Below the pieces are notes generated by a model. It saw only the letters and a program-made list of their open reading frames with translations. It was not told where the DNA came from and ran no database searches. Made by a program: the position numbers and the translations under genes. From Eledone cirrhosa (Eukaryota): a stretch of DNA of 64,000 bases. This document shows, one piece after another, positions 60,547-64,000 of the stretch. Location: contig OZ024743.1 in the NCBI GenBank assembly GCA_964016885.1, positions 217,868,001 to 217,932,000 on the forward strand. The letters are read 5' to 3'. The stretch's first letter is position 1. Each line of letters begins with the position of its first letter.

Positions 60547-62773
60547 GTATAATAAACAATACAATATAATTACCTCATTACCAGAGGTTTCCCAAATAAG
60601 ACGAATACGAAAAACACGTCCTCATTCGTTCGTCGGACAAGGTAATATAAAACATAGTGAAATATTTGGAAAGTCTCCTCAAGAAATGCAAAAAATATAT
60701 AAATAAAAGTAATGCAAGAGATATATAAAAAAAATATAAAAAAATATAAGGAAATATAGTTAGGTATGTGTATATGTATGTATATACACTCACAAATGTA
60801 CATATGTGTGTATGTACAAATGCATGTGTATGGTGAAAATGTGTGCGTAAGTACATATATGAGGGCAAGTATATTTGTGTATATGTGACCACAAATACGG
60901 ATATAATATGAGTTGAAAAAGAAAATGATAATATAGTTGACACGCCTCCAGTATTAAATACACATACGAGTATGAAAGCACGCGTATAAACACACACACA
61001 CTTGCGGTCACTTATATGCGGAAGATAAAGAGTGAAGGAAGTGTAATAGTAAAAAGAAGTGTCATTCTCGATATATGTATAAAAATGAAACAGTATATGA
61101 GAATTAAAAACACTAGAGAAAAAAATTAACACCAGAGAAAAACAAACAAACATAGGTACATGCAAACTCTGCATAAGTGAAAAATATTGCATTTTACAAA
61201 ACTTAAATCACCAAAAACCTGCCTAAATACAAAAACAGAAATTTTCACCAGTTGCCCACACATGAAATCACACTTGCTTTCCAGCTCATATAAACTTAAC
61301 TCACTTTCAGATACTTATCCTCTATAAGCTTTTATTCTTCACTTTCCTTAAATTATTCTCTTTACAGACTTCTCTTTCTGATTTACTTTCATTTTTAACT
61401 TTATTTTTAATTTTATTTTTATTTTTACTTCACATCCACCAGTAACCCCCCACCCCCTACTCTTCGATTCACTTACCTAATATCTTCACATTCCACATTT
61501 TACTTCCCCATTTTCTTTCACTACCTGATTTTACTAGTCACTTGCGTTTTCCACAACAGATATATTCTGTTGTTTCGCAGCCGATTTTATATTTGTACTT
61601 ATTTATTCATAAGGCTGCTTTATACTCTGTATCTATGTGCCTGAGTGTGCTTATGTGCGTATACGTTCTGTATATGTATACGAGCGCCTCCGTATGTGCG
61701 CGTGCGTACGTGTATATATATGTGTGTGTATGTGTGTTTTTATATCTATGTTTTTACATCGATGTTTTTTACATTCTTATTTTCACGTGTGTGTGTAAGC
61801 GGGTGAATGTACGTGAATGTGTATGTATGTGTGTATATATGTATATTTATGTATGGGTGTGTATGTGTATGTGTATATATATATATATATAGTCGCGTAC
61901 GTACGTGTGATTAGATATACATGGGGCGATATATATATATATATACGTGCCTCGTGTGTATGTATGTACGCATGCATGCGCTTTTGTCTGTACGTATTTG
62001 TGTGTATAAATATTTTTTTATAGATATATGTTTTTTATAGATATCTGTGTATGTACGTGCGTACCTATGTTTGTTTTCTTTTCTCTAGTGTTAATTGATT
62101 ACTTTCTCTTTCATTTAAACATTTTTTTCATTCTCATATACTGTTTCATTTTTATACATATATCGAGAATGACACTTCTTTTTACTATTACACTCCCTTC
62201 CCTCTTTATCTTCCGCATATAAGTGACCGCGAGTGTGTGTGTGTTTATACGCGTGCTTTCATACTCGTATGTGTATTTAATACCTATATCTGGAGGCGTG
62301 TCAACTATATTATCATTTTCTTTTTCAACTCATATTATATCCGTATTTGTGGTCACATATACACAAATATACTTGCCCTCATATATGTACTTACGCACAC
62401 ATTTTCACCATACACATGCATTTGTACATACACACATATGTACATTTGTGAGTGTATATACATACATATACATATACCTAAATATTTTTCCTTATATTTT
62501 TTATATATTTTTTTATATATCTCTTGCATTACTTTTATTTATATATTTTTTGCATTTCTTGAGGAGACTTTCCAAATATTTCATTATGTTTTATATTACC
62601 TTGTCCGACGGACGAATGAGGACGTTTTTTTCGTATTCGTCTTATTCGGGAAACCTCTGGTAATGAGGTAATTATATTTTTTGTTTATTATACATTAAAT
62701 TTTGCTCTGGTGCTTACATAGAGCACTCTTCACTCCTATGACTTTTTCAATTTTCAACGGAAACGTCAGTACT

Positions 62774-62775
<2 letters not shown>
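60544..62775. mobile_element. Large fold-back PLE 3' region, ~620-bp arms, with hammerheads
   Basis: 60544-61160 is the reverse complement of 62060-62697. HHR 60570-60645 (-): ttaccttgt-CCGACGA...GAAA-CCTCTGG-TA-atgaggtaa; copy at 62596-62671 (+). Confidence 0.8.
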
Positions 62776-62816
<41 letters not shown>

Positions 62817-63749
62817 GATAATTATTTTTATTCGACATTCGAAGCTTCGGGGTTTTTCATCATAAGATATATATATATCATCCAAAGTGTCTCAATTGGT
62901 GAAACCGAGAATTGACTAGAGGCTCCCTGTATGTGGTACCGAGGTTCACGAGAGAATGCACTTTGAAAGCCTCAAATCTATTGTTCTAAAAACAGGCTGA
63001 GATGGAGTGGTCACATGGTGCGATTTGATAATAATACTAATGAAATTATTGTGTACAGTGCTCAGATGGACTACAACTCATCAAAGGTGCATGTATAGTG
63101 CATAGAATAATGTACAAATGTCAGGGAAGTGAATAGTGTATGAGTCATTATATACATGTGTGCGTGTGTATGGAGGGGGAGTATTAGGTGTAGTGTTGGC
63201 GAATCTCGGGAAGCATTGAGGTTTTAAAGGATGATGATGATGGCCTATTTCCCAAGTGTGCAGACCTGAGCTAGGAACATATATAAGGACTGTATTAAAT
63301 AGTTACTTTTAAGAGCTAACATCAATACTACAACATTGGAAACTGAGGCCTTTAACAGAATTAAGTGGTGAACGATGGTTTATCAAGGAAATATTATTTT
63401 CGTGATATCTCGGCTACAACACGAGAAATTTAATACGGACATCAGAAAGGGTCTTGCTTCCAAATTACCAGAACAAACTGGTGATTATTATTGGTAAACA
63501 TTCGAATTCTGTATCAGATTCTGTTACAGCAAGGCTGGTAAGAATGTTATATTCGCAGTCATGAATATAGAGCTCCTGCCGATTACCAAATTGACATGGC
63601 CTTAAATATAACATACAGAAACTGTGGCAAAGAATGCAAGTCTGTTTACGCCCTAAGAAGGGACATCAAAGTGCATAATGAGCCTCAGGCGTCCGATAAC
63701 TTTGTAATGAGAGCTCTGCAGGCCTGCCAACTCACGCCAAAACACTGTA

Positions 63750-64000
63750 TGGGATCAAATTGTATGTGAAACACAACAAATTTGTGGGACTGAAACATTT
63801 AATTCTTTAAAGCAAGCTTATGGAGATACCTCTCTATCGATATGCAAGGATTTAAAGTTCCACAAAGATTTTAAAGGGGGCGGAATAAATGTTGATGATG
63901 AACCTCGTCAGAAAAGTCTCATCAATAAATGAAAATAATGAATATTTTTTTCCATTAGGCACTGAACGCACTCAGACAGCAGTTTGTATTAGAGAATTTC
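63750..64000 (+). pseudogene. Decayed mariner transposase N-terminal HTH
   Basis: TETFNSLKQAYGDTSLS...HKDFKG...VDDEPR with frameshifts. Confidence 0.65.

Noticed and set aside
60578-62671. 144-204 aa ORFs in the inverted arms
   Set aside because: Low-complexity PLE 3' region with overlapping open frames and no domain motifs.

Overview
AT-rich eukaryotic non-coding DNA, very probably from an octopod cephalopod; this is inferred from five copies of the tRNA-headed SINE typical of octopus genomes. Nearly all long ORFs in the track are (TA)n/(CA)n/(GA)n artefacts. The window is a mosaic of Penelope-like elements (PLEs; RT + GIY-YIG) and their non-coding pseudo-LTR derivatives, usually bounded by (TA)n and often arranged as fold-backs or partial tandems. 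It also holds SINEs, RTE-derived short elements, and decayed LINE and mariner remnants. Reading both strands by eye gives more than 25 type I hammerhead ribozyme (HHR) motifs in about 15 repeat families. Three points stand out. (1) Six families use a compensatory U3:A8 core (UUGANAA) instead of C3:G8. (2) Two unrelated short tandem HHR repeats (418 and 323 bp) share an identically spaced octamer / PSE-like / TATA cassette with an upstream T6, which looks like snRNA-promoter retrozymes. (3) Two PLE copies carry dense sense-strand A-to-G changes across the RT, consistent with ADAR-hyperedited RNA written back into the genome. No intact host gene is supported. All folds and alignments were made by eye, and element boundaries are approximate.
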